Source: Bacteroidales bacterium (GTDB lineage Bacteria > Bacteroidota > Bacteroidia > Bacteroidales > UBA12077). From it: a stretch of DNA of 46,533 nucleotides. The stretch is from the NCBI GenBank assembly GCA_028282585.1, contig JANQHR010000068.1:1-46533 (forward strand), read 5' to 3'. Under the pieces are notes generated by a model. It worked only from the letters and a program-made list of their open reading frames with translations, did no database searches and had not been told where the DNA came from. Made by a program: the position numbers and the translations under genes. Below are positions 18,852-30,012 of the stretch, one piece after another (the stretch's first letter is position 1; each line of letters starts with the position of its first letter).

Positions 18852-21800
18852 ATGGGCAAGCTCGATGCTAAAAGAATAATTGAGGCACTTCCTCAAGATT
18901 ATTATGTAATAGATACTAAAACTTTAAAAATAGTAGAAAGCAATAATCCAGAAGTAAATATTGATCAAACACACTGTTATAGTCATTTGTATGGTTTAGA
19001 TAAACCTTGTGATAAGAAAATTTTAGGACAGGAATGTACGTGTAAAAAGATATTAAAACAGAGACAAAAGGTTGAAGTAGAACACATATTTAGTGCTCCA
19101 AATGGATTTAAGGCTTTTAAGGTAATAGCAAATCCGATATTCAATGAAAAAAATGAAATAACTCATTTTCTTACTCAATATGTAGATATCAGGAATGAAA
19201 TAGAATTAAAGCGTAAAATAGAGAATCAAAATTTAAAGCTAAAGTTTCAAAACGAAGAATACCTAGTCGCAAATGCAGAGTTGCATGAACAAAAGGAAGA
19301 ATATGAAGCTCTTTATGAGGAACTAAAAGAAGCCGCCTTTAGAATTGAAAAATCCAAAAAGAAAATTGAGAATCTAAAAGATTTTTTTGAAAATATCAAT
19401 GAGGCCATCCAGGATGGAATATGGGTAACGGATAAAAATGATGCAATTTATTATACTAATCCTGGAATGGAAAAAATAACCGGGGTTAATCGCCGTGAAA
19501 TCATTAAAAAGAATATATTTAAAAACTTTCCCAAAGAAACGGTTAAGCAGCTTGCTTCCTTTTATAATAAGGCTAAAAATGAGTTAAAACCGGTATGGTA
19601 CGAAATAGCAGCAAAAACGCATTCAAATAAAAATACTTACCAGAATGGTTGGTTAATACCTTTATCTAAAAAAGGTAAATATAATGGTATGATTTGTACC
19701 GCTCGTGATGTTACTGCTCGTGTAATTTCTGAGAAATTATTAAAACAAAGTGAGGAAAGGTTTAGGTCGGTATTGGAAAATATGAAGTTAGTTGGTCTAA
19801 TGTTAAATAATAAAGGCAAAATTATTTTTGCCAATGAATATTTACTAAAACTAACCGGTTGGAAACTTAAAGAAGTTATAGGTGAAGATTGGTTTACTAC
19901 TTTTCTTCCGGAAGATACAAGAGAGAGTGTTTTTGAATTTTTTACAAAAACCATGACTAATAAAGATATGCCTGTAACTCATGTAAATGAAATTATAACC
20001 AAAACCGGAGAATTAAAGTTAGTTCAGTGGAATAATACCCTTCATTTTGATGAAAAAGGCGAAATAATATCTTTAACAAGTATCGGTGAAGATATAACGG
20101 AAAAGCAAAAAGTTCAGGTTGCTTTAAGGCAAAGTGAAGAAAAACACAAACAAGCTCAGAGGGTAGCAAAAATTGGTCATTGGGAACTAGCCTCGGTAGA
20201 TGCGGCGCCGAAGTGGTCAGATGAAATTTTCAGGATTTTTGGAATTGAACCCGGAAAAGGAGAACCATCTTTTACTAGGCATAATACCATTATACATCCT
20301 GAGGAATGGTCTATCCTAGAGAGTGCAATTAATGATGGGTTCAAGTTAGGCAAATCATTTGATCTTGTATTCCGCATTTTAAAACCGGAAAATGAAATAG
20401 GTTGGATGCAAGCGATAGGAAAGGCAGAGAAAAATACAGTTGGAGAGATTACAAAAATGTTTGGCACAGCGCAAGATATTACGGAGATAAAAAAGACTGA
20501 ACAAGCACTTAAAGAAAACGAGGAAAAGTTAAGAGAAATTTTTAATTCTACTTCAGAAGCAATAATTATACATGACTTTAAAACAGGAAGAATATTTGAT
20601 TGCAATAAGGCAACGCTCAGCATGTATGGGTATAAATCAAAAGATGAAATATTGCTCTTTTCAATCGAAGATATAAGTGCAGTAGAAAAAGGATTTGACA
20701 AAAAGAAAATAATCCAACAATTAGAAAAAGCAACTCAAAGTGATTCTCATACATTCGAATGGTTGGCAAAAAGTAAAAATGGCGATCTTTTCTGGGTAGA
20801 AGTAAGCTTAAAGAAAACGTTTATTGAAGGTGAACGGAGACTTTTGGCCGTTGTGAGAGATATAGCTGAACGTAAGAAGCTAGAACAAGCACGTATAGAA
20901 AGTGAAGAAAAATTCCGAAATGTTTCATCTATTTCTTCTGATTATGCTTACTCAATTATAGTAAATAAAGATGGTACCTTGGAACCTGAATGGGATTTTG
21001 GTGCTTTTGAGAAAATATCAGGTTATTCAGCTAAAGAGCTTCATGAAAAAGGAGGTTTTAGAGTTTTAATACACCCTGATGACTTACCTAAAGCATTCGA
21101 ACGAATTGAAAAGCAGTTAGAAGGTGAAACGGTTACTTCGGAATTAAGAATAATATGCAAGAATGGCGAAATAAAGTGGATTTCTGATAAAGGTGTCCCA
21201 GAGTGGGGTAAAAAAGAAAACAGGGTTGTGCGTATAATTGGTTCGGCAAGAGAGGTTACTGATAGAAAAAAGGCTGAAGAACATTTACAAAGCATTGAAT
21301 GGTTATTAAATCCAAAACGTGAGAATAATAACGATTACATAACACCTTACGGTGATTTAAGTAGTTTAAATAAAGATGGTCTAATTTTAAATTCAGTAGG
21401 GAAAGAAACATTGATTGATATTGTAAACGACTATCTAAATTTATTAGGAACATCTGCTGCCGTATACGAGAAAAATGGAGGTTATGCATTGGGTATTTTT
21501 TCTTCTGGTTGGTGCCAGTTTTTGGATAATTCTTCAAGAAATTTGTTTAAAAACTCTGATAACCAAGCGGCTATGGATTCAGGCAAATGGTTATGCCATG
21601 AATCCTGCTGGACAGATGCTTCAAAGCAGGCAATTAAGTACAATAAGCCTGTTGATATTAAATGTAATGGCGGTATAAATCTTTATACTATACCTATTCT
21701 TGCCAATAACGAAGTTGTTGGTGCAATAAACTTTGGTTACGGAGATCCACCAAAAGATGAAAGTATATTAGAAAAAATCGCCAAACATAATGAGGTTTCA

Positions 21801-24800
21801 ATTGAGGAATTAAAAAAGAAAGCAATTCAATATAAATCAAGGCCGCAATTTATTATTGATATTGGAAAGGAGAGATTGCATGCTTCGGCCAGATTAATTG
21901 GCGAAATTGTGGAAAGAAAGCTAGCGGAAAAAAGATTATTAAAAAATGAAAAAGCACTTCAAAAAATAATAAGCATAACTGGGCAAAAAGAAAAGGGCGA
22001 TTATTTTAATTCAATGGTTGTAGCTTTAAGTGATGTATTTTCAGCCGATTATGTTTATATAGGAAAACTAAAAAGTGAAAACGAAATAGAAGCAATTTCA
22101 TTAAGTAAGCAAGGTGAAATAATAGATAATATGACATATAGTATTATTAATGCACCTTGCGATAAAGTAATTAACAAAAAGGTATGTATTTATGCCAATA
22201 ATGTTCAAATGGAGTTTCCAAAAGATAAACTTTTAATCGAATTGGGAATAAATGGATATATAGGAATTCCGTTGATAAATAAATCAGGATTAGTAATAGG
22301 TATTTTGGTTGCTTTATTTAAAATGGAAATCCGAGACACTGATTTTGTTAAATCTATTTGTGAGTTGTTTGCAGGTAACATAAGTTCTGAGTTAGAACGG
22401 GATTTCGCAGAAAAAGCTTTGCAAGAAAGTGAAGAAAGGTATGATATGGCAATGAGTGCTGCTAACGACGGTTTGTATGACTGGAACTTAGTAACAAACG
22501 AAATATATTATTCACCACGTTGGAAATCTATGTTAGGGTATAAAGATCATGAATTAAAAAATGAATTTTCGGTTTGGGAAGAATTAACTCATCCTGAAGA
22601 TGTTAAAAAATCATGGACTATGCTCAAAGATCATATAGCAGGAAAAATTGATAGGTTTGAGTTAGAGTTTAGAATGAAACATAAAGATGGGCATTGGGTA
22701 GAAATCTTATCCCGTGCTACAGCTCAATTTAACAAGAATGGTGAAGCCTTAAGAGTAGTTGGAACACATGTAGATATTTCAGAACGAAAGCAAGCAGAAA
22801 AAGAACTTAAAAAGCAGAGAGATTTATTTGAGTTAGTTATAAACTCTGTACCCACAAGAATCTTTTGGAAAGATCTGAATTCAGTTTACCTTGGTTGTAA
22901 TAACCAATTTGTTAAAGATTCTGGGATGAAAATTATTGAAGATGTAATTGGTTCTAATGATAATGAATTGGTTTGGAAAAGAGATGCTGAAATATATCAG
23001 GCAGATGATAAACAAGTTATGCAATCAGGAATACCTAAATTAAATTACGAAGAAGAATTTATAGGTATCAATGGTGAAAAAATCGTTTGGCGAACTAATA
23101 AAATGCCTTTAAAAAATAACGAAGGAGAAATTATAGGGGTGGTAGCAACATCTGAAAATATTACAGAAGAGAAAAAAGTTGCAAGCCAACTAAAAGATAG
23201 TGAAGAAAAGTACAGACGTATCACAGAAAATGCAAAAGATATGATTTATCGAATGTCTTTACCTGATGGAAAATTTGAATTTGTGAGCGCTGCATCAACT
23301 GATATTTTGGGATATACTCCTGAAGAGCATTATGAAAATTCTACATTGGTTCGGAAGGTTATACACCCTGATTGGCAAAACTATTTCGAAGTTCAATGGG
23401 AAAACCTGATGAAAGGAATCACGCCACCAACTTATGAGTTTCAGATAATTACCAAAGCGGGTGAGCTAAAATGGTTAAATCAAAGAAACCTTTTAATAAA
23501 GGATAAAAATGGAAATCCTATTGCAATAGAAGGTATTGTTAGTGATGTAACTGAAAAGAAAACTTCGGAAATTGCCTTACGCAATAGTGAAAGAAAATTA
23601 CGAAATATAACGGAACATAGCACTAACCTATTTTATCAGCATAATACTAATCATCAATTAACCCACTTAAGTCCTCAAGTTAAGGATATTTTAGGTTACA
23701 CAGTTGAAGAGGCTATGGTTAATTGGACAGAATTAGTTACTGATAACCCAATAAATGAAGAAGGTTTTTTAAAGACTGAAAAAGCGCTTAAAACAGGTGA
23801 AGTACAGCCTCCTTATGAGTTAGAGGTAAGGCATAAATCAGGGAAAAAAGTATGGGTGGAAATTAGAGAGGCCCCATTACTGGAAAACGGAAAAGTAACC
23901 GGCATTGTAGGCGCTTTGGTTGATATTACTGAACGTAAAATTGCTGAAGATGCTGTTAGGAAAAGTGAAGAAAAATTTAAATCATTATATAAGAGCATGG
24001 ATGATGTAATAATTATTCATGATAAAAACGGTAATATATTAGATGTTAATAACTCCGCAGTAAATGCATATGGTTATTCATATAATGAATTAGTAAGTAT
24101 GACTCCTGCTCAACTTGACACACCAAATCAGGCGATTAATGTCCCAAAAAGGATTAAGGAAGTCTATGACAAAGGATTTGCGCATTTTGAAACTACGCAT
24201 CAAAAAAAGAATGGTGAAATTATATATTATGATGTGAATACCAGACTTGTAGATTATGAAGGGAATCAATCTGTAATGGCGGTTTGCAGAAATATTACGG
24301 AAAAAAAGGAAATAGAATTTGCATTAAAACAAAGTGAAGAGCAATACCGTAGGTTATTTGAAACGGCTAATGTAGGTATTGGGATTTCAACATTAAATGG
24401 AAATATTTTAGCAGCCAATAAAGCGATGACCATGATTTTTGGATATAAAAATGAAGAGCTGCTGCAAATTGATATTCAGGATTTATATTTAGATCTTAAA
24501 GACCGTAAGGAATTAATTGAAGAGGTTAACAGAACAGGCGAAGTTCAAAATATTCAAATTCAAATGAAGCCTAAAAAAGCCAAAAAGCTCTGGGTTCATA
24601 TTTCCGTAAAAGCTTTCGATCTCAAAAAAGATGATAGGTTACTATTTGTTATATCAGATATTACACGTGAGAAAGAAGCGGAGCTGGCACTTTTCAATCA
24701 AATAGAAAAATTTAGAACTTATATTGAAACATCACCTGTACCTGTATTTATTGCAAATGAAAAAGCACAATATGAGTATGTTAATGAAGCGGCCTGTTTG

Positions 24801-26276
24801 ATGTTAGGTTACACCTTTGAAGAGCTAACCAAAATGAAAATACCTGGAGTCGTTGAATACGGCGAAAATCAGGATAAATTAAAGAATTTTAAGAAGTTAC
24901 AAGAAACAGGTTTTATAAAAGGACTTGAGGTAAGTTTAAAGAATAAAAGCGGGAAGATAATTGATGTTAATCTAAGTGCAGTAAAATTATCAAATAACCA
25001 ATCTATTGCTTTTTGCACAGATGTAACACAATTAAAAAACTATGAACGTAAATTAAAAGAATCCAATGAGGAATATCTTGCTTTAAATGAGGAGCTTGAA
25101 GAAAATATAAAACGCATTCAGAAGATTAATAATGAACTAAAATTAGCTAAAGAAAAGGCTGAAGAAAGTGACCGTTTAAAATCAGCGTTTTTAGCGAATA
25201 TGAGTCATGAAATACGCACGCCTTTGAATGGTATACTTGGTTTTTCCGCATTACTCCGAAAAAAAGGAATAAGTAAAGAATCTCACGAACGATATTCTAC
25301 TATTATTGAAAGCAGTGGAAAGCGTTTGCTTTCAGTGGTAAATGATATTTTTGACATTTCGCTTATTGAGGCGGATCAGCTCAAGATGGAGAATGTTGAT
25401 TTTGAACTTAATGACCTTGTGGAAGAGATTTTTACTTTTTACAAAACGGTACAGAAAGAAAAACTGAATATTATTGATCTTAAATTAACTAATAGATATG
25501 AACAAAAAGTTATGCTTTTTACTGATAAATATCGTGTTCACCAAGTATTTAAGAATTTATTGGACAATGCATTTAAGTTTACAAAAGAAGGAAGTATTGA
25601 GTTTGGGTACTTATCTGTTAAGGATGATGAAGTTACTTGTTTTGTTAAGGATACAGGGATAGGTATTCCAAAAGAATATTTAGAAACAGTTTTTAATGCA
25701 TTTCGCCAAGTAGATGATTCAATTACTCGGGATTATGAAGGAGCAGGCTTAGGTTTATCTATATCTCATGGCTTGGTTAAGCGAATGGGAGGTAGAATTT
25801 GGGTAAAATCAGAAAAAGACAAAGGGTCAATCTTCTATTTTACACTTCCCTTAAAAACCTCAAAAAAAATAATGAAAAAAGAAGAGAAAATAAAACAAGG
25901 AAAAACACTCTTAAAAAATAAAATGATACTTATTGTTGAGGATGATCTTGTTAGTTTTGAATTTTTGAAAATTTTCCTCGAAAATTTGGGCGGTGGAGGA
26001 ATTATCCAATCTTCTAATGGTGAAGATGCAATCAATATCATCAAAACAAATAAAATTGATATTATATTTATGGATATTCGTCTTCCGGACATTGATGGAT
26101 ACGAAACTACAAGAAGAATTAGAAAGTTTGATAAAAAAGTCAAAATTATAGCACAAACGGCTTATACTATGCAAAATGACCGTGAAAAATCTAGTAATGC
26201 CGGTTGTGATGATTACCTTACTAAACCCTTAAAGGAAAAAGAATTAATGCTTGTTCTCAAAAAGCATTTTAAATAG
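18852..26276 (+). CDS. Soluble multi-PAS/PocR/GAF hybrid sensor histidine kinase-response regulator
   Basis: 2474 aa with about 13 PAS/PAC modules ending in DIT/DVT-ERK linkers. PocR-like Cys-rich insert, GAF, H-box FLANMSHEIRTPLN, N/G boxes (NLLDNAFKFT, DTGIGI, GAGLGL) and REC (VEDD, MDIRLP, KP). No TM segment. Confidence 0.93.
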   Translation: MGKLDAKRIIEALPQDYYVIDTKTLKIVESNNPEVNIDQTHCYSHLYGLDKPCDKKILGQECTCKKILKQRQKVEVEHIFSAPNGFKAFKVIANPIFNEKNEITHFLTQYVDIRNEIELKRKIENQNLKLKFQNEEYLVANAELHEQKEEYEALYEELKEAAFRIEKSKKKIENLKDFFENINEAIQDGIWVTDKNDAIYYTNPGMEKITGVNRREIIKKNIFKNFPKETVKQLASFYNKAKNELKPVWYEIAAKTHSNKNTYQNGWLIPLSKKGKYNGMICTARDVTARVISEKLLKQSEERFRSVLENMKLVGLMLNNKGKIIFANEYLLKLTGWKLKEVIGEDWFTTFLPEDTRESVFEFFTKTMTNKDMPVTHVNEIITKTGELKLVQWNNTLHFDEKGEIISLTSIGEDITEKQKVQVALRQSEEKHKQAQRVAKIGHWELASVDAAPKWSDEIFRIFGIEPGKGEPSFTRHNTIIHPEEWSILESAINDGFKLGKSFDLVFRILKPENEIGWMQAIGKAEKNTVGEITKMFGTAQDITEIKKTEQALKENEEKLREIFNSTSEAIIIHDFKTGRIFDCNKATLSMYGYKSKDEILLFSIEDISAVEKGFDKKKIIQQLEKATQSDSHTFEWLAKSKNGDLFWVEVSLKKTFIEGERRLLAVVRDIAERKKLEQARIESEEKFRNVSSISSDYAYSIIVNKDGTLEPEWDFGAFEKISGYSAKELHEKGGFRVLIHPDDLPKAFERIEKQLEGETVTSELRIICKNGEIKWISDKGVPEWGKKENRVVRIIGSAREVTDRKKAEEHLQSIEWLLNPKRENNNDYITPYGDLSSLNKDGLILNSVGKETLIDIVNDYLNLLGTSAAVYEKNGGYALGIFSSGWCQFLDNSSRNLFKNSDNQAAMDSGKWLCHESCWTDASKQAIKYNKPVDIKCNGGINLYTIPILANNEVVGAINFGYGDPPKDESILEKIAKHNEVSIEELKKKAIQYKSRPQFIIDIGKERLHASARLIGEIVERKLAEKRLLKNEKALQKIISITGQKEKGDYFNSMVVALSDVFSADYVYIGKLKSENEIEAISLSKQGEIIDNMTYSIINAPCDKVINKKVCIYANNVQMEFPKDKLLIELGINGYIGIPLINKSGLVIGILVALFKMEIRDTDFVKSICELFAGNISSELERDFAEKALQESEERYDMAMSAANDGLYDWNLVTNEIYYSPRWKSMLGYKDHELKNEFSVWEELTHPEDVKKSWTMLKDHIAGKIDRFELEFRMKHKDGHWVEILSRATAQFNKNGEALRVVGTHVDISERKQAEKELKKQRDLFELVINSVPTRIFWKDLNSVYLGCNNQFVKDSGMKIIEDVIGSNDNELVWKRDAEIYQADDKQVMQSGIPKLNYEEEFIGINGEKIVWRTNKMPLKNNEGEIIGVVATSENITEEKKVASQLKDSEEKYRRITENAKDMIYRMSLPDGKFEFVSAASTDILGYTPEEHYENSTLVRKVIHPDWQNYFEVQWENLMKGITPPTYEFQIITKAGELKWLNQRNLLIKDKNGNPIAIEGIVSDVTEKKTSEIALRNSERKLRNITEHSTNLFYQHNTNHQLTHLSPQVKDILGYTVEEAMVNWTELVTDNPINEEGFLKTEKALKTGEVQPPYELEVRHKSGKKVWVEIREAPLLENGKVTGIVGALVDITERKIAEDAVRKSEEKFKSLYKSMDDVIIIHDKNGNILDVNNSAVNAYGYSYNELVSMTPAQLDTPNQAINVPKRIKEVYDKGFAHFETTHQKKNGEIIYYDVNTRLVDYEGNQSVMAVCRNITEKKEIEFALKQSEEQYRRLFETANVGIGISTLNGNILAANKAMTMIFGYKNEELLQIDIQDLYLDLKDRKELIEEVNRTGEVQNIQIQMKPKKAKKLWVHISVKAFDLKKDDRLLFVISDITREKEAELALFNQIEKFRTYIETSPVPVFIANEKAQYEYVNEAACLMLGYTFEELTKMKIPGVVEYGENQDKLKNFKKLQETGFIKGLEVSLKNKSGKIIDVNLSAVKLSNNQSIAFCTDVTQLKNYERKLKESNEEYLALNEELEENIKRIQKINNELKLAKEKAEESDRLKSAFLANMSHEIRTPLNGILGFSALLRKKGISKESHERYSTIIESSGKRLLSVVNDIFDISLIEADQLKMENVDFELNDLVEEIFTFYKTVQKEKLNIIDLKLTNRYEQKVMLFTDKYRVHQVFKNLLDNAFKFTKEGSIEFGYLSVKDDEVTCFVKDTGIGIPKEYLETVFNAFRQVDDSITRDYEGAGLGLSISHGLVKRMGGRIWVKSEKDKGSIFYFTLPLKTSKKIMKKEEKIKQGKTLLKNKMILIVEDDLVSFEFLKIFLENLGGGGIIQSSNGEDAINIIKTNKIDIIFMDIRLPDIDGYETTRRIRKFDKKVKIIAQTAYTMQNDREKSSNAGCDDYLTKPLKEKELMLVLKKHFK

Positions 26277-26336
26277 TTTCTGTAATTTGTTTTGGCATAT
26301 TATAAGGTATATTCATCAAATATTAAGAATAAAAAT

Positions 26337-26344
26337 TATATTTG
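26337..26344 (+). promoter_or_regulatory. Bacteroidota -7 element
   Basis: TATATTTG, 19 bp upstream of ATG 26364. Confidence 0.5.
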
Positions 26345-26363
26345 TTTGTTAACCTGAAAAGAT

Positions 26364-28181
26364 ATGCATTTAGTATCATCAAAAGATATTTCAAAAGCCA
26401 TTCATTTTGAAAAGTTCGGAGGCGAGGTGTTTGCAAAATTCTTAATGCAACTGCTAAAGCTGAATAAAGTGAATAAGATGTATTCTGAGAATAAAGATAA
26501 ATCGGGTTTGGATTTTATTGATTCGGTTATTGAATATCTTGAGTTCAACTATGAAGTTAGTAATGAAGATTTAAAAAGAATTCCTAAAGAAGGCGCTTTT
26601 ATAATCGTTGCAAATCACCCATTTGGTGGAATAGATGCGTTGATATTAACTAAAATTTTTGCAGAAATTAGACCGGACATAAAGGCTATGGCTAATTTTC
26701 TTTTACAAAAAATAGAGCCGGTTAAGGATTTTATGTTTCCTGTAAATCCATTTGAATCCAGAAAAGATGCTAAATCAAGTTTTGCCGGAATAAAAAATGC
26801 CTTGTCTCACCTCGAAGAAGGAAAGTGCTTAGCTATATTTCCGGCAGGAGAAGTATCCTCTTACCAACCTGAAACAGGATCGATTCAAGATAGAGAGTGG
26901 CAGACGTCAATACTTAAATTTATTAAAAAGGCAAATGTTCCGATAGTTCCTCTTTACTTTCATGGCACTAACAGTAAAATATTTCATTTATTAGGACAGT
27001 TACATCCTGTATTACGAACTGCTAAACTGCCATCAGAACTTTTTAATAAAAAGAATAAAACCATAAAAATTCGTATAGGAAATCCAATACCGGTTAAAGA
27101 ACAGCAAGGGTTTACGGATATTGCTCATTATGGAAGATATTTAAGAGCAAGGACTTACGCTTTGGGCACCAGTCTCGAAGCAAAAAAGTTTTATATTAGG
27201 GCATTTCAACCTAAGTTGAAAAAGACCGAACCAATTGCAGAACCAGGAGATAGAAGTTTATTAATTAACGAAATTAAAGAGTTAATAAGCAAATATTCGT
27301 TATTTGATAATAAAAATTATAGAGTTTTCTGCGCACCATCAATAGAAATGCCACATACATTAAATGAAATTGGAAGATTACGGGAATTAACTTTCAGAGA
27401 AGTTGGTGAAGGAACTAACAGAAGTATGGATATTGATGAATACGATTTTTATTATCACCAATTAATTATCTGGGATGAAGAGGAAAATAAAATTGTTGGT
27501 GCTTATCGAATAGGAAAAGGAAAAGATATTATAGCACAATATGGATTAGGTGGTTTTTATATAAATTCATTATTTAGAATTAAAAAGGATTTTTTATCGA
27601 TTCTAGGCGAGTCAATAGAATTGGGTAGATCATTTATTGTTAAGGAATACCAACGTAAACCATTGCCATTATTTCTACTTTGGAAAGGTTTACTTTTCTT
27701 TTTATTAAAGAATACTGAATATCGATATTTGATCGGACCTGTTAGTATCAGTAACGATTTTTCTAAATTTTCGAAGACATTGATAGTTGAATTTGTTAAA
27801 AGGTATCACTATCGATTCGATTTGGCAAAATTTATAAAACCTAGAAAAAAATTCAAGGTAAAACCAGATAGAATTGTTGATCGGGAATTATTCATAAACG
27901 ATGATAATGGGAGCGTTGCTAAGCTAGATAAATTGATACTTGATATTGAAGCTACGTACAAGTTCCCAATTTTATTGAAGAAATATTTGCAATTGAATTC
28001 AAAGCTAATTGGGTTTAATATTGATCCTAAGTTTAATAATGCTTTAGACGGATTAATTATTTTGGATATTTACGATGTGCCTGAAAATTTTATTAAAGCA
28101 CTTTCCAAAGAGTTAAATGACGAATCAATACTTGAAAGATTCAATTTCTCAACGTCTATGCTTGAGGCACAAAACAAATAA
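26364..28181 (+). CDS. Bifunctional PlsC-type acyltransferase + GNAT N-acyltransferase (OlsF-like amino-lipid synthase; often annotated as hemolysin)
   Basis: NHPFGGID (HX4D) and FPAGEV in the N-half; EIGRLRELTFR, DIDEYD, VGAYR, ELGRSF and LWKG in the C-half. Confidence 0.85.
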   Translation: MHLVSSKDISKAIHFEKFGGEVFAKFLMQLLKLNKVNKMYSENKDKSGLDFIDSVIEYLEFNYEVSNEDLKRIPKEGAFIIVANHPFGGIDALILTKIFAEIRPDIKAMANFLLQKIEPVKDFMFPVNPFESRKDAKSSFAGIKNALSHLEEGKCLAIFPAGEVSSYQPETGSIQDREWQTSILKFIKKANVPIVPLYFHGTNSKIFHLLGQLHPVLRTAKLPSELFNKKNKTIKIRIGNPIPVKEQQGFTDIAHYGRYLRARTYALGTSLEAKKFYIRAFQPKLKKTEPIAEPGDRSLLINEIKELISKYSLFDNKNYRVFCAPSIEMPHTLNEIGRLRELTFREVGEGTNRSMDIDEYDFYYHQLIIWDEEENKIVGAYRIGKGKDIIAQYGLGGFYINSLFRIKKDFLSILGESIELGRSFIVKEYQRKPLPLFLLWKGLLFFLLKNTEYRYLIGPVSISNDFSKFSKTLIVEFVKRYHYRFDLAKFIKPRKKFKVKPDRIVDRELFINDDNGSVAKLDKLILDIEATYKFPILLKKYLQLNSKLIGFNIDPKFNNALDGLIILDIYDVPENFIKALSKELNDESILERFNFSTSMLEAQNK

Positions 28182-28192
28182 ATGTAATGATT

Positions 28193-28804
28193 CTATTGCC
28201 GAATTTCGTTTAGAAAGGTTTCGGTGTTAATTATTCTGGCATAACTTCCTTTTAGAGTACTTAAAGTGGAATAATGTACGTCTTCCGCTTTGATAGTAAC
28301 ATCACCAAATTTTAAATCTCTGGTTGTACAGGCATCTTCAATTACTGTACAATTAAATCCGTAATCGGCAGCAGCACGTGTGGCTGCTTCAAGACACATG
28401 TGTGTTTGCATTCCACATAGGACAAGGTTTTCAATTTTACTATCTTTAAGGAATTCCAATAAATCTGTGTTTACAAAAGCATTGGCTTTGTTTTTAGAAA
28501 TTACCTTTTCATTTTCTATGGGAGCAACTAATTCGTGAATTTCAGCACCAGAACTTGCATTATGCTTTATATGAACAACGATGTAATCTTGTTCTCTAAA
28601 AGCATTAAGTACTTTTTGTGCATTTATTGCAGCTTTTTCAGGTTCATTTAAAGGTAACATTCCACCTGGGAAATAGAAATTTTGTATATCTATAATTATT
28701 AAAGCTGTTTTTTCACTTCCAATATTATTTTGCTTAGCTTTCACTGTTAAGGAGGTTACAGCAAAAACAATTGATATTATAAAAAATAATGAATACTTTT
28801 TCAT
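28193..28804 (-). CDS. Isochorismatase-family cysteine hydrolase with N-terminal signal peptide
   Basis: IIIDIQN (Asp), KNKANAF (Lys), GMQTHMC (Cys) and TRAAADYG; hydrophobic leader ending VKA. Confidence 0.88.
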   Translation of the reverse strand: MKKYSLFFIISIVFAVTSLTVKAKQNNIGSEKTALIIIDIQNFYFPGGMLPLNEPEKAAINAQKVLNAFREQDYIVVHIKHNASSGAEIHELVAPIENEKVISKNKANAFVNTDLLEFLKDSKIENLVLCGMQTHMCLEAATRAAADYGFNCTVIEDACTTRDLKFGDVTIKAEDVHYSTLSTLKGSYARIINTETFLNEIRQ

Positions 28805-28857
28805 GAAGATTTTTATTTGGTATATTTATAAATACAATTTTAATAAATTTTAGTTTA

Positions 28858-29988
28858 ATGGAATCAAATAAATCTATAGGCAGATTAAATGAGAACGAAA
28901 TAGGTTCGCAATATGAAAATATTTTAAACACGGAATTCATTAAAAATATCTTTAATTCTTTGCCTCACATTGCAGCTGTGATAAATAATCAACGACAAAT
29001 TATTTTTTCGAACCAAAAACTATTGACTGATTTAGGTTTAAATTCTATCGAAAAAGTTTTAGGAGCAAGACCGGGTGAAGTTATAAGATGTGAACATGCT
29101 GATAAAGGACCCTATGGATGCGGAACTTCTGAGCAGTGTAAGTTTTGCGGAGCATTAAATGTAATGTTGACAAGTCAAAAAGAAAACAGAAAAGTTGAAT
29201 CAGAGTGTACAATTGTATCTGAGATAAAAGAAGAGAGAATTACTTTTGAATTTGGGATAGTTGTTAATCCTTTTGATTTTAGAACTGAGAAATACTATAT
29301 ACTTTCATTATTTGATGTTTCGGATTCAAAACGGAGGTTGTTTTTGGAGAAAATATTTTTTCATGATGTAATGAATAAGGTGGGTAGTTTAAATGGTTTT
29401 TTGCAGCTTATTAAAGCTGTAAGCAATCCCGAAAAAATTAATGATTATATTGAAACACTTGATGAAATTGGGCAACAATTAACAAAGGAGATTATTTCGC
29501 AAAAACAATTAATTGAAGCTGAAAATGGTACGCTGGCAGTGAACAATGATTTGATTGAATCCAAGACTTTTCTTAATTCACAGGTAAATCAAATGTCGGA
29601 ACACGAAGTCGCTAAAAATAAAACAGTGAAATTAGATGAAAAATCAGAGTCGGTTAATTTCTTTGCTGATTCTGTAATTTTAGGCAGAATTATTTCAAAT
29701 ATGCTTAAAAACGCAGTGGAAGCATCCGATGAAAATCAAATGGTCGAGGCAAAATGCATCAAATCAAATGGTTCTATTTTATTTTCAGTAAAAAATGAAT
29801 CATTTATGCCGGAAGAGGTTAAATCAAAGATTTTTAAAAGGTCTTTTTCAACCAAGGATAAAGGAAGAGGCCTTGGTACCTATAGCATGAAATTATTAAC
29901 TGAGAAATATTTAAAAGGAAAAATATATTTCGAATCTTCTAAAAAAGATGGAACTATATTTTTCCTGGAATTAAAAGCTGAATACTAA
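28858..29988 (+). CDS. Soluble sensor histidine kinase with Cys-rich PAS-like input domain
   Basis: RPGE..C-x9-C-x5-C-x2-C, FFHDVMN H-box, NMLKNAVEA, and FSTK..GRGLGTY. Confidence 0.88.
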   Translation: MESNKSIGRLNENEIGSQYENILNTEFIKNIFNSLPHIAAVINNQRQIIFSNQKLLTDLGLNSIEKVLGARPGEVIRCEHADKGPYGCGTSEQCKFCGALNVMLTSQKENRKVESECTIVSEIKEERITFEFGIVVNPFDFRTEKYYILSLFDVSDSKRRLFLEKIFFHDVMNKVGSLNGFLQLIKAVSNPEKINDYIETLDEIGQQLTKEIISQKQLIEAENGTLAVNNDLIESKTFLNSQVNQMSEHEVAKNKTVKLDEKSESVNFFADSVILGRIISNMLKNAVEASDENQMVEAKCIKSNGSILFSVKNESFMPEEVKSKIFKRSFSTKDKGRGLGTYSMKLLTEKYLKGKIYFESSKKDGTIFFLELKAEY

Positions 29989-30012
29989 AACCAGCTTGGA
30001 TAATATGTTGAG

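Noticed and set aside
26364-28181. Hemolysin/virulence factor
   Set aside because: The motifs are those of PlsC-type and GNAT acyltransferases; amino-lipid synthesis explains the gene and the hemolysin label is a legacy annotation.
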